Below, piece by piece: positions 24,718 to 36,100 of a stretch of DNA of 64,000 bases (position 1 is its first letter; each line of letters begins with the position of its first letter). The stretch is from Zootoca vivipara (Eukaryota). The notes beneath the pieces are model-generated. The model made no database searches. It had not been told where the DNA came from and worked only from the letters and a program-made list of their open reading frames with translations. The stretch spans positions 71,486,001 through 71,550,000 of the forward strand of contig NC_083281.1 of assembly GCF_963506605.1 (NCBI RefSeq), written 5' to 3'. The translations under genes and the position numbers were made by a program.

Positions 24718-25070
24718 CAGTGGTACCTCGGTTTATGAACACAATTGGTTCCGGAAGTCTGTTCATAAACTGAAGCGTTCATAAACTGAAGCGAACTTTC
24801 CCATCGAAAGTAATGGAAAGTGGATTAATCCGTTCCAGACGGTTCTGTGGAGCACTCAACCTGAAGCGTACTTAACCCGAAGCATGGGTGTAATTGGTTC
24901 CGGAAGTCTGTTCATAAACTGAAGCGTTCATAAACTGAAGCGTTCATAAACTGAAGCGAACTTTCCCATTGAAAGTAATGGAAAGTGAATTAATCCGTTC
25001 CAGATGGGTCCGTGGCATTCGTAAACCGAAAATTCGTAAACCGAGGTGTTCGTAAACCGAGGTTCCACTG
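24718..25070. mobile_element. Tc1/mariner (Tigger-like) MITE
   Basis: TA|cagtggtacctcggttta...taaaccgaggttccactg|TA; internal ~100-bp duplication. Confidence 0.9.
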
Positions 25071-25412
25071 TAATTGTAACTCTCAGTATAGCATTATGTC
25101 TGAACTGAGCATATTTGTATGTGCAGGCTGGGCCTTAAAGCTCTTCTTTCCCTATAAATTCATTGTTCATAATATATTCCTTGGCACAGATAGAACAAGA
25201 ACCACTTTATTATTTCATTGGAATACTTGATTACTTGCATTCTTGTATGTCAAGAGAACCTTTATGAAAAATACTGTCACAAAACCAGTTTTGAATCTTA
25301 CCAATCCATCCAACAGCAAAATAGCTAAAAAATCTCTAGAAGTACCTAAAATGAAGTTCACTGAAATACTGAATATTACATAAAAATTTAAGTTATACAT
25401 AATGTTTTTTAG

Positions 25413-25648
25413 GTGATGAGCTATATCCAGAAGATCCCGATTTTACAGGAGAAAGAAAACCAGTGTTGATGACAGATAAAAAGACTGAAGATCTAATGAA
25501 AGGCGCCAGTAGACTTCACCGGATAGTGACACAAGACCATAATAATGTAAATATCTATGTGAATATCCAGCCCAAATATAAACACATCAATCCAATAACA
25601 ATGGACTTTAAAAGGGGAAACAATGCAGATTGCAATAGTAAATTATAG
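25413..25648 (+). CDS. NUDT19: NUDT19 exon 3; full protein 380 aa ending in -SKL (PTS1)
   Basis: Acceptor tgttttttag; GDELYPEDPDF...LHRIV...NIQPKYKHINP...CNSKL*; phase matches exon 2. Confidence 0.95.
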
Positions 25649-26396
25649 TATTTTAAAAATAGTTTACATATTTTTATATCTACCAACGCAATGGCAGTTC
25701 TTGAATAAGCTGTCCTGGGAGCTTCACATCTTGATAAGCAACATGTATTTCAAACATAGCTGGAATTAATACATTCTTGTGCCACTTTATCTACATGCCA
25801 CAAGCCTTATGTGAATGATTTAGGCTTTCATTTGTGTACCACAGTAATTATTTCCTTGGCTAAAATTTTGTGCAAATGTGCCAATTCTGGGGTGGACATC
25901 TGTCCGCTAAGAACTTGACCTTAATCTACACATTTATGGATTTAAGGCCCTGAAGAGGCAGTGGAGCAATAGTTACCCATGGCTACCATAGGCCATTTGT
26001 CAGTATTGGGATAAACTGTTCCTTTATAAATATAATTCAGTATCTTGAACTATTCTGCTTTTCTCATTAAAATGTGGAGACGCTATGGAAGTTTACTCAG
26101 AAGTGAAGCTCCCTATTTAGCTGGGATTCAAAATGACAGTTTAGGATTGCAGCCTTACATGAGCATAAGTTCTGTAAATTCAATCAATAATGATTATTTT
26201 TAAAATATTCAGAAGCTCTGCTTTTGGAAGGCACTTTTCTAGACACACTAATTTGCTAGTGCTGTCTAACAGCAGTAGAATTAATTCCATTGTATGGTTG
26301 GGTTTTCAGTTTTTATATTTCAGAATGTCAACTGATGTGCATTTAAATTAGCATTAAAATGTCAAATTGTAATTTATTCTTATAATTTGTTTTAAA

Positions 26397-26402
26397 AATA
26401 AA
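26397..26402 (+). terminator. Candidate NUDT19 poly(A) signal
   Basis: AATAAA ~750 nt after the stop in AU-rich context, with T/GT-rich sequence downstream. Confidence 0.5.
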
Positions 26403-27290
26403 TATTTATTTTTAGCAACATTGCTTTGGCTGTTTTCATCGTTGCTAAGATATACTGAGCCGTTACACATCTTGTTTTCTTTAAAATTAAGAAGATGCCC
26501 TATTAATAGTTTGTGTCAGGAGCTTTCTTATTTTTTAAAAAACATAAAGTTAAAAGTTGAAATTAAAGCCCTCCTGTTACATTTCACATGTGTCCAAACT
26601 GGAGCTTTTGAGCTGTGTCTGGCTCCTAACTAGTTTGAGGAATGAATAGAAAACTACTGAAAAAGTGTCCTCCATGTGTGCCGGTTACAAGGGGACCTTG
26701 GGTTTCCTCCATCCCATCTTCCAGCTGGAATTAAGAAACTTGAGATTTGATGCAGCGTAAGGGGAGGAAGTAACACAGACCAAGAGAAATGTCTGTCTCT
26801 TTAGTTTTATGTTTTGGGTGTTGGAATAGCTAAGCAAAAGATAACAAACTGCATCCAAAGCAGTTTTGCACAAATTGTCTTGCTATGTCTCTGTTGTACA
26901 AGAGGTATTACACAGAAGATTTATTGAACCATCTATATTTAATGTTCCAAGACATCACTGTGTATATAGGTTTGTGTTTTTTTAAGAGAAACTATTTGCC
27001 AATCACACAGAAATATTCATTAGGCTTAACTGAACCCTCTGACTATGCAGTATCTCTTAGAATGCTATTATATTAGCCGTATTTCAGGTTTGTTTTAAAT
27101 ATTTCACATCTGTTGTCAATACCAGGTATCACAAATAATATCAGTCAGTGTCCAGCCAGCTCTTGCTCTCAGAATGTCTTCTTAAAAAAAACACCCAAGC
27201 TCTCAGATCTCTTTGCAGCTGACGCATGACCATGGGAGTTACATTACAGAAATAGTACAGTATATAAAGTCATATTTGTATAGTCGGATC

Positions 27291-27401
27291 CATGGGCATA
27301 ACCAGGAATTTTGTGGGGGGGGGAGGGCAAAACTTCAGATTTGTATTGGTTTGTATTGATTTAGGGGGGCAACCCCCCTGCTTCCCTTGGTTACACCCAT
27401 G
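27291..27401. mobile_element. Short MITE
   Basis: TIRs catgggcataacca / tggttacacccatg; TSD degraded. Confidence 0.5.
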
Positions 27402-28209
27402 GCAAGATCAACTGCTTGGAACTTAGGACTTGCCCCCCAAGAAAGGCAGAGAGCTAGCTGCTCTGTGTTGAGACAGGGGTCTCCAAACAGCTCGACACTA
27501 GCAAACTACTCCCCCCCCCCAAAAATTGTGGGGAGTCGCGTGCTTTAGATGTGCACTAAGTGCGCCTTAAATGTATGATGAAGATCTGCATTAAGTTTAT
27601 TTGGTGGCAGTACAGTTTGTTCCCTCACTTATACCTCTCTTAACAGGCTCCAAGTGGGGAGGCAGGAGGAAGGCAAAACCTAAAAGTATACAGTATATTT
27701 TGTTTCTCCACCATGCACCCTGGAGGTTGTGCAGGCTGAGCAAAAGCGGACATGCCTGATGATGGAGAATAACTTAAGATGTTTTACACATGGACACATT
27801 AGTACTGTACAGCACCATACATTTAAAGTACTGTACTTTGACCAGCCATGATTTCCTGCAAAGAATTGTGGGAGGCGTACTTGATAAGGATGCAGAGTAT
27901 TGTTAGCAGGGATGGTCGATTCCATCCCTCTTATAATGGAGTTGTTTGTTACCAAACAACTTCTTCATTATAAGAGGGATGGAATCCCTTTTAAATACAG
28001 TACTATTTTTGTGAGTGGATAGTGTGTGCATGTGGATGTCTGTATATAAATAGACATACACATTCATTTCCCCCTTAAATTACAGTATTAACGGGTTTTT
28101 TTATTAAAAAAAACACCAATTGGACAAAAATTTGGTGTTCGTGTACACACAGACATACACACACACAATTTCTCCGCCTGATCAGTTTGTTTTAAAAATG
28201 TTAATTGTT

Positions 28210-28610
28210 GAGATGGAAGAAGATAAAGACCAGAGAAGAATGGCAGATTAACTTGATGGATTATGCCGAATTGGCAAAAATGACGGGAAGAATCAGAAAT
28301 CAGGAAGACTTTCATAGAAGAAAAATTTTCATAAGGAATGAGGAAAATTTATAATTTATCTTAAAAATCATTGTAAACAGTTAAAACTGTTAGCAGGACT
28401 GGAATAACACTTGTAGTTCAATGGTGAATCTTGGACACAATGGAGATGTAAAAGATTTGGATTACTGTATCATAAAAGATGTAGGAGGAAATGATCAACA
28501 ATAGGATCCACAAAGGGGAGGAGGGAAGTCCAGGAGATTCTTTGGAATCTTGTTTGGATATGCGATTGTAAAACTTTGACCTGAAAACCAAATAAACAAA
28601 CTTTTTTTTT
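28210..28610 (+). mobile_element. L1 LINE 3' end (ORF2 C-terminus plus 3' UTR)
   Basis: REEWQINLMDYAELAKMTGRIRNQ-like remnant, G-rich 3' UTR, AATAAA; 13-bp TSD aatgttaattgtt (28197-28209, 28611-28623) at a TTTT/AAAA site. Confidence 0.8.
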
Positions 28611-28659
28611 AATGTTAATTGTTCACACTAAAAATTAAGGGTTTTTGTTTTTTTAAAAA

Positions 28660-29030
28660 CCGCGACAAAAACAAAATCGGCCGACCGTCGCTGACAAGTG
28701 CGCCGCCGCTGAGAAGCTGGGAGCGGTACTGAGCATGCGTGCGGCGCCGGCGGTTAAACGGTCACTTCAGAGCACGCGGAAAGGAAAAGGAAAGCTAACC
28801 GCCGTTAGAATAAGACGGGGAAAGGGCGGGACGAGACGAGACGAGACGAGGTGAGTTGCGGAGCGGGGCCCGAGGTTTGCATTTGAGGGCGCGGGGAGGT
28901 GCGAGCTGTGATAAAGCAGCCGCGGAGACGAGCTATTGGCCGGCCCAGTTGAGCGGACTCCTCTTCCTCAGAGGTGGGGGCAGCTTTCTCCCCACCCCAC
29001 CACGCCGCGTCTGGTGGCGGTTTCGTATAT
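28660..29030 (+). promoter_or_regulatory. TDRD12: TDRD12 CpG promoter and probable non-coding exon 1 (donor GAG|GTGAGT at 28850/28851)
   Basis: Small CpG island 1.3 kb before the ATG exon; consensus donor; MYB, NRF1-like and GC-box motifs. Confidence 0.75.
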
Positions 29031-29166
29031 TTTAATATACGGATACAGGTAGCTAGGCCACGTGCTCAGTTTATAAGCATCACAGGTGGTCACTTTCCTC
29101 CTCCTCCCCTTCCTTGACACCCTAATTTAGCCTAACTGACTTCCCCGCCTTTATTATTATTTAGCC

Positions 29167-29302
29167 CAGTGATGGCCAGACCTGGCCTTCCAGCTGTTTT
29201 GGGACTACAACTCCCATCATCCCTAGCTAACAGAACCAGTGGTCAGGGATGAATGGAATTGTAGTCCCAAAACAGCTGGCGGGCCAAGTTTGGCCATCAT
29301 TG
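29167..29302. mobile_element. 136-bp hAT MITE
   Basis: Same family as 22463 and 47000; TIR cagtgatggcca; no matching TSD. Confidence 0.85.
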
Positions 29303-29309
29303 AATATAT

Positions 29310-29691
29310 AAAAAAATATTATTTAAAAGGGGGCATGCTCACATGCTTAGAATAAAAAGATATGAAGGGATATAAATGATAAAGAGTGGGGGATATAAGA
29401 CAAGAGGGATAGAGGAATATAGGGAAGACAGAATGCATGCAGAGAATATATGTAAGTGATCGATTATATTTACAAAATTTGAGTCGAAGTGAAAACAGAA
29501 GTCGAGAAAACAAAGGAGGGAAGTTTGTGGGGGAGGGGGGAAGGTGGCGAGGGGTAAGTAGAAGCAACCCTATCTAAAAATTCGTAAGTGGAAAAAATCC
29601 TATCTAAACCGCATCCAAGATAGCGGGCGGAGCTCCATTCGTAAGTAGAAACATTCGTAAGTAGAGTTATTCGTAAGTAGAGGTACCACTG
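29310..29691 (+). mobile_element. L1-like 3' UTR fragment joined to a lone Tigger-like MITE end
   Basis: Purine-rich ...ggagggaagtt... segment resembling 28510-28530, then ttcgtaagtaga repeats and gaggtaccactg|TA. Confidence 0.55.
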
Positions 29692-30174
29692 TATCATTAA
29701 AGCAGTAGTATATATTTTTGCTACCTTTCCCTTTCTTCAGGGAAAGCAGGGCAGTGGACCGGGGTGATCCTCAACATGTTTTATGCTTATAATAACTGTA
29801 TAAAGTAGATTAAGCTGTCTGTATTCCTTGCTCCAGAGAAAGCTGGCAAAGAGAAGCCTGTACTGCCCTTTTGGTTGGTTGGTTGATTGGTTGGCCTGTT
29901 TGTTTGTTTGTTTGTTTGTTCAACTGATTGCACACCTAGGCTCAACTTCTAGGGGAGTTGGAGCTATATTAGTTATTGGGCCACTGCATTTCTAAAAGGA
30001 AGAAAAGCACCTGGACTGTGGCCTGGTTTTTCTCAGGTTGAAAGTTACTTTTAAAGGAATGTCATTATGTAAAAGCAGTTTAAATTCTTATTTTGTTGTA
30101 TTTTTCAGAGGTATAGATAAAGCGTGTGAATCTCTTTGATGTACAGTAATTGAAAAAGTAATTGAAGAAAGAAA

Positions 30175-30198
30175 ATGTTTGAAGTGTTTATATTGAAG
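30175..30198 (+). CDS. TDRD12: TDRD12 coding exon 1 (exon starts 30109): MFEVFILK
   Basis: Acceptor tttttcag at 30108; donor AAG|GTATTG. Confidence 0.9.
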
Positions 30199-33100
30199 GT
30201 ATTGTGGCTTTTTGACAAGTTTTAGCATATGAATGTTCATTTTGATGCTGTACTGTTTTTAATATTCAGTTTTTAATATTTGGTTGGAAGCCGCCCAGAG
30301 TGGCTGGGGAAACCCAGCCAGATGGGCGGGGTATAAATAATAATAAATAATAATAATAATAATAATATTTCTGAGCATAAACCTTGCAGTGTTTTCATAG
30401 GACTCTAACTGTGGCTTACTTATTCATTAGATTGAAAATCCATGGTGCTTTTGGGGCTACATAAAAGGAGGTGGAAGTATTGTAGAAAACGAAATGGAAT
30501 ATAAAGAACTTCAATCTGAAATGAATCTGTTCTATAATAAATTCCACAGATATGTGGATGATATCAAGCCATCGGTATTGGAAGAGGGCCAGGTAATTTT
30601 ATGTACTTTATTTGCTTTACTGGATATGAATTTGAAGAGGGGGGAAGGGAGGTTAGTGTTGGGATATTAGGTCAGTGCTAGTCCTACTCAGAGGAGACCC
30701 ATTGAAGGTAATGAACATGACTTCCTTTGGTTCATTAATTTCAGTAGTTCTATTATGAGTGAACCTCGTTGGCAACCTTTTGTGAAAGGACTGGATGACT
30801 TTAACAGCAATGCAGGACTCGGCTAAAATGATCATCCAGCCTCTGCTTATAATATTATATAGTATATTTTATTATATTTGGGTTTAGCTACTTTTGGAAG
30901 TTTTTCTAGATAGATTGTCATATTTCTGCCACCTTTGGGGCACTGTATGAAATATAAAGCATGAAATATATAGCACATTACATGTAGTTTTCCCCTATTG
31001 GTTTGATTCCATCAATTGTCTGCTAATCTCATGTAGAGTTTGTGTCAAATGAGAATGGATGTTTCTTTTTCAGGTTTGTGTTGTTTATTGTCAGGAAATG
31101 AAATCCTGGTGCAGAGCTGTTGTTAAATCAATCATACCATGTACAGATTATTACATTGCTGAGTGTTTCCTTGTGGATTATGCCAAGAGTGTCCCTGTGA
31201 AAACAGACCGGTATGTTCTAATTATACTAAGGGCAAAGGGTATACACAATGAGAGTACTGCAACCTGGGACTAGCAAGCCCTCTAGAACCTGGAAGGTAT
31301 GATCAGAAGGTTAACGTCATGTTCTATCACACATGCCCACTGAGTTTGTGTGATCCTTCTGATAGACCAAAGTGTATGGAGTTGAAAATCCTACATTCAA
31401 ATTTAATCTGAACCTATAACTTGCAGGCTGGTCCGAGGCAAGTTTGTCTTAATCTTTCTTCACATTCACTTCACTCAGTAAGCCCACAACTTACGCACAT
31501 TTAACTTGTGCGCATTCAGCTTTAAGCACATGACAAAATAAAAATAAAAGGGGCGGAGTTCCAGGAAAAATGACTTTGGCAATCCTACTTGCCATTGAAC
31601 CCAATTGGTTTTTACTATATGCGATTTTGGCTTTAGGTGCAATCCCTGGAAGGTAGCCCTGAGTAAGTTCCGGGCTTACTGTAACAACAGACAGACTACG
31701 TTGTCAGCCTATCAAGGACGACAAGCAATACTGTGTTATTTACAATTTGTGCTTTGTTTATAATAGGAGTGGCCATTGTGGTACCCTTGTAACGTTTTGG
31801 AATACAAGTTGCATTATTCCTGACCATTGGCCATGCTGGCTCTGGCTGGTAGAAATTGTAGTTCTGAACATCCTGACGGCACCACATTAGCTACCCCTAG
31901 CTTATAAAGTATTAATTAATGTTAAAGGGCTTGTTTTTCTGAAATTATGTTTTCAGGATTTGTGTTGCCTTGGAATCATTTATGAGATTACCCTACAGAG
32001 CAATAAAATTTAGACTGTATGGTACAAAACCGGTCACACTGCGTGTCGACTACTATAATGACATTGCTAAGACAGTGTAAGTACATTTTGCAAGGTATTA
32101 TGTAAAAGCATTCTATATTATTTTGGGTTTCTGTAGGACAAGTATTAGGACTTGTAATTTGGGTGACCTTCAATGTAGCTACAAGGAGAGCCTGTGAAAA
32201 TTTCCCATTTTATAATTCTAGGGCCCCATATTTCTTGGTATAAATGTCACTGAAGCAGACTTCATATCTTTCCAGTTTCTTTCATTCTCTGAGAAACATT
32301 TTGAAGTGAAAGAGTACTTCACAAATGTATAATATGTATTTATATGCTTATAACAGTGCCACAGTAAAGTAAGTCATGTGTGCTTTTTTGTAGCCCTGCC
32401 AACCGCTGGGATATAGCAGCTATCCACTACTTCCAAAATCTCCTGAATGGTAAGAAAACATAAGGAATAGCATATTATATAATTCCAAATGTATAGGCTA
32501 ATCTGTTAAAATGCTTAGGTTTTTTAAAAATTCCACCGAGAGGCTGGGTTTGGAGACTGTAGCTGAGTTGCAGAACAGCTGACTATCTGCAGATGGTTCC
32601 ATGTCCAGGTTCTAATATCTCCAGGCAAGGCTAAGGGAAATCCCTGTCTGAAACCCTGGAGAGCCACCAGTGAACCAGTCACTGGAGAAGGAGTTGGATG
32701 AGCCAACAGGTTGACTCAGTACAGTATAAGGCAGCTTTCAATGTCTTCTTTAGATAACTGTGTCTGAAGTAAAGACTATTAGTGTACTTAATGTTTGGTA
32801 CAAATCAGAATAACAGGAAAGCAGCATTATTGGTAATTCATAGAATTGTAGAGTTGGAAGGGACCCAAGGGTCATCTCGTTCAACCCCCTGCAATGCAGG
32901 AATCACAGCTAAAGTATCCAGGACAGATGGCCATCCAACCTGTGTAAAAAAACGTATTAAAAATGATACCTACTTGCTGAAACTTAGCAGTTCACAAATT
33001 AATTGTTTAACAGGTTCAAAGCCCACTGGCCAGGCAGAATTGTCATAACCCCAGTGTCATTATTCTGATGTCACAACAGGGAGATCCTTTAATGCTGAAT

Positions 33101-36100
33101 GGTAATAAACTTTTTGGAATTCAACCACGTTGTAATTACACACACATCATAGGATTTTAAAGTGTTATCTTGCCTGCAAATGTCTAGCAACTTGACTTAC
33201 ATATGTACAGAAATAAAATGTATCTATTTCTAGCTTCACTGGAGTAAAACTGATGAAATATTTTGAGATTCATTTCTAACGGGTTAACTATTCATTAATG
33301 GCTTCCCAAAACGTTTGCTTATTGCATTACCTTACTTCAGTCAAGGGGCTGCTTATACCTTTTGATTCTTTGGCAAGAGTGTAGAAAATCAGTTGTTGTA
33401 GCCTCCCTTCTGATATTTCATCCATTTGGCTTAATCAAGAAAGACCTACTGTGGGGAAATGTAGAAGTTAGAAGACCTAATTAATGCTCCATTTGTTTCT
33501 GTTTCTAGCAACCACCAAGGTGGAGGCCAAGTTATGTGCTGTTGAAGAAGACAGTTTTGATGTTGATCTCTATGTCACAATAAAGGAAGAAAAGGTAAGC
33601 CAGTCATCTTTACAATTCTGTTTGTGTATAGTACCGCATTTTAAAACATAAACCCAGTTTGCCAGGGTGAGTGGCTGCATCTGTCCCTCTCTACTAATGG
33701 GGAATAGCATTCTGCCACTCAGCTTCCCTTCTTATATGCACCTCTTTTGTATATGTTTTAAAAAGTAGATCCTTTAAAATGATAGATGGGGTTGTATAGG
33801 GTGATGACTTGCTTTTTTGATAGAAGGGGTTCCTGCCCGAAGCCTCCGAGGGTCCAAAGTTCATGGGAGCAAGGATGCTAGGACACAGGCAAAAAAATCA
33901 CAAGCATTGGCAGGTAGACTAGAACCAGACCCGCAGTAGGTGGGTCAGTTCTGGATTCAGTTTTTTGGGTGAAAAAAGCTGTGCCCCTGTGGCTTAATAG
34001 AATTGCATGGTTTGCCCTTATGCCGCAGCTGATGGGGAGATTCTTTGTGCACTTGGCAGGCTACTTTAGGTGATAGTAGCTGCCTTATAAAACTATTTCA
34101 GGTATTTCCCAAATTATGTTAGTAATGTTTATCTCTGCCATTAGTAAAAATGTGTCCCCTTTGTGCTAAATCTTCACATGCATGAAACCTGTTTTCTTCC
34201 TAGATATGTGTGAATGATGATCTTGTTGCCAAAAAGTTTGCTTTCTATGAGGCACTGAACAGTACAACAATTAGTGCTGTGGAAGACCAGAAAAGAGAAA
34301 CACCATTAAGCCTTGAGCCTCTTTCAGAGGAGATCAATCCTGCACTTGTTCTGTGGCCAATGTTGTTGCAAGCCAAGGAAACAAAGGCTTTTGAAACATG
34401 TGAGTATGACAGATCTGCTTCCCAAATGAATAGACGGGATGGAGAATAGTGGTGAGGGTGTTCAGCTCTTCCTCTCCTTGCTGCTTTTCCTCTACAGCTC
34501 CTATCCCACTTGTTCCCTCCATCCAGTCTGCACACATATTGGCATAGTACAGATCCATGGGGTGGGGCTTTGCTGTTCACCTGGCTTCTCAGTACTGGAA
34601 CGGCTGTCATTCACCAGAGGAGGGGCATGGCAGTCAGTGCAGGTATAGCAGCAGAGCCAGTCAGATGCTCCTATCTGCCACCAACCTCACCTTGCCCCTG
34701 TCCCTCAGTAACTGGCAATGACCCTGAAGTTAGTAAGCAGCACCATCTTGTTGTGCTCCGCAGACTGTTACTGATAAAAGAACCTAAAAAAGAGGAAACC
34801 TCAACCAATACTTCTCAACCAATGAAAGCTTCGATGTGATTAATGTGACTGCTCAAAGGTGGCTGAATTTTTGATAAAGTGTTTGTTGAGATCTCTTTGA
34901 TAACCACACAGACAGTTACTCCATCCTTCTACCTTTTGAAACTGTGTATGGAAACAAATGAGATTTGAAAAGTGAAGAACTTACATAAATTCCCAAATCT
35001 GGAAGATCTTCCGTCTTAATAATTTGGATTGCTGGTACTCCAGGGTTTGGCATACTGCCCTTCTTGAAAAAATATGTCATAAACAAAAATAGCTAAAGGA
35101 ACTGCTCAAATGATTTATTTTTATTGTTATCTGTATGTCATAGTTTTATTTCTTATATGTGTCACCAGTATATGGAAATGTCTGGCACAACTAAGACTTC
35201 AGAGAACCGTTTTCCTCAATAATGATGGAATGTTACAGGTGGAAAATACTTTTATTTGTAAAAGGAATTTTGTATAAGTCAATACATTATTATCCCTTTG
35301 GAGCTACACTGTATATTTGTACTTTTGTCCTTCCAGGCTGTGACACTTTATGGTTTATATTTTTTATTATGTTTGCACTTTTTAACAAAACCAATAAAAT
35401 ACAAAGTAAAAGAAACTTACATAGCGAAGAAAACTCAAGCTTGATATGCTCATGTCTCAAATTGGCATTATTACACTTTAAGCGAATAATGGAACATACT
35501 ACATTTTATTTCTTTTAGGTGCTTCTGCTTCTGATGATGTTAAAAAAACAACTTGCAATAATTTGCAGGAAACTGATTTAGCCAGTGAAGAAACAGAGTC
35601 TGTGAGTGATTGTAGCATTTTTCACAAGGGATTGAAATTGAAGATTTGTAAAATCCTTAAGAGAAAAGTGGCTTGCCTGAAAAGGGCAGCAAACACGAGT
35701 TATATATTATTTAATTAAAATTAAATATGTTATTTACTATTCAAGTAATACTTTGGAAAAGTTGGAACTGGCTCACTGCAGTGCTTTGAGCATTGCTTGA
35801 GGTATGTGGGTACAGATTCACCTGTATATGTTACTGCTCTTACACAGTGCTTGTGACATGACTGTTGGTAAGCATAGCTGCCAAGTTTTCCCTTTTCTCG
35901 CGAGGAAGCCTATTCAGCATAAGGGAAAATCCCTTTAAAAAAGGGATAACTTGGCAGCTATGTTGGTAAGTGGTTCGCCTTTCAACGTGCCCTACCACTT
36001 CCCAAATGCTTCCAGATTTGTTTTCGCTCTTGGGGAGGTGTCTGATTGTAATTAGGCTGGGGGCAGTCGGGGCAAAGAGTTAAGGCCCTCATTCTTCTCA

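Noticed and set aside
24743-25060. Regularly spaced short repeats resembling a CRISPR array (also 36960-37340)
   Set aside because: Eukaryotic DNA, no unique spacers; these are internal repeats of a TA-flanked MITE.
32551-32625. tRNA gene
   Set aside because: Degenerate SINE head with no intact cloverleaf.
35144-35238. Possible additional TDRD12 exon
   Set aside because: Weak donor (GTGGAA) and its end phase does not fit the next exon; 34399 joins 35519 cleanly.
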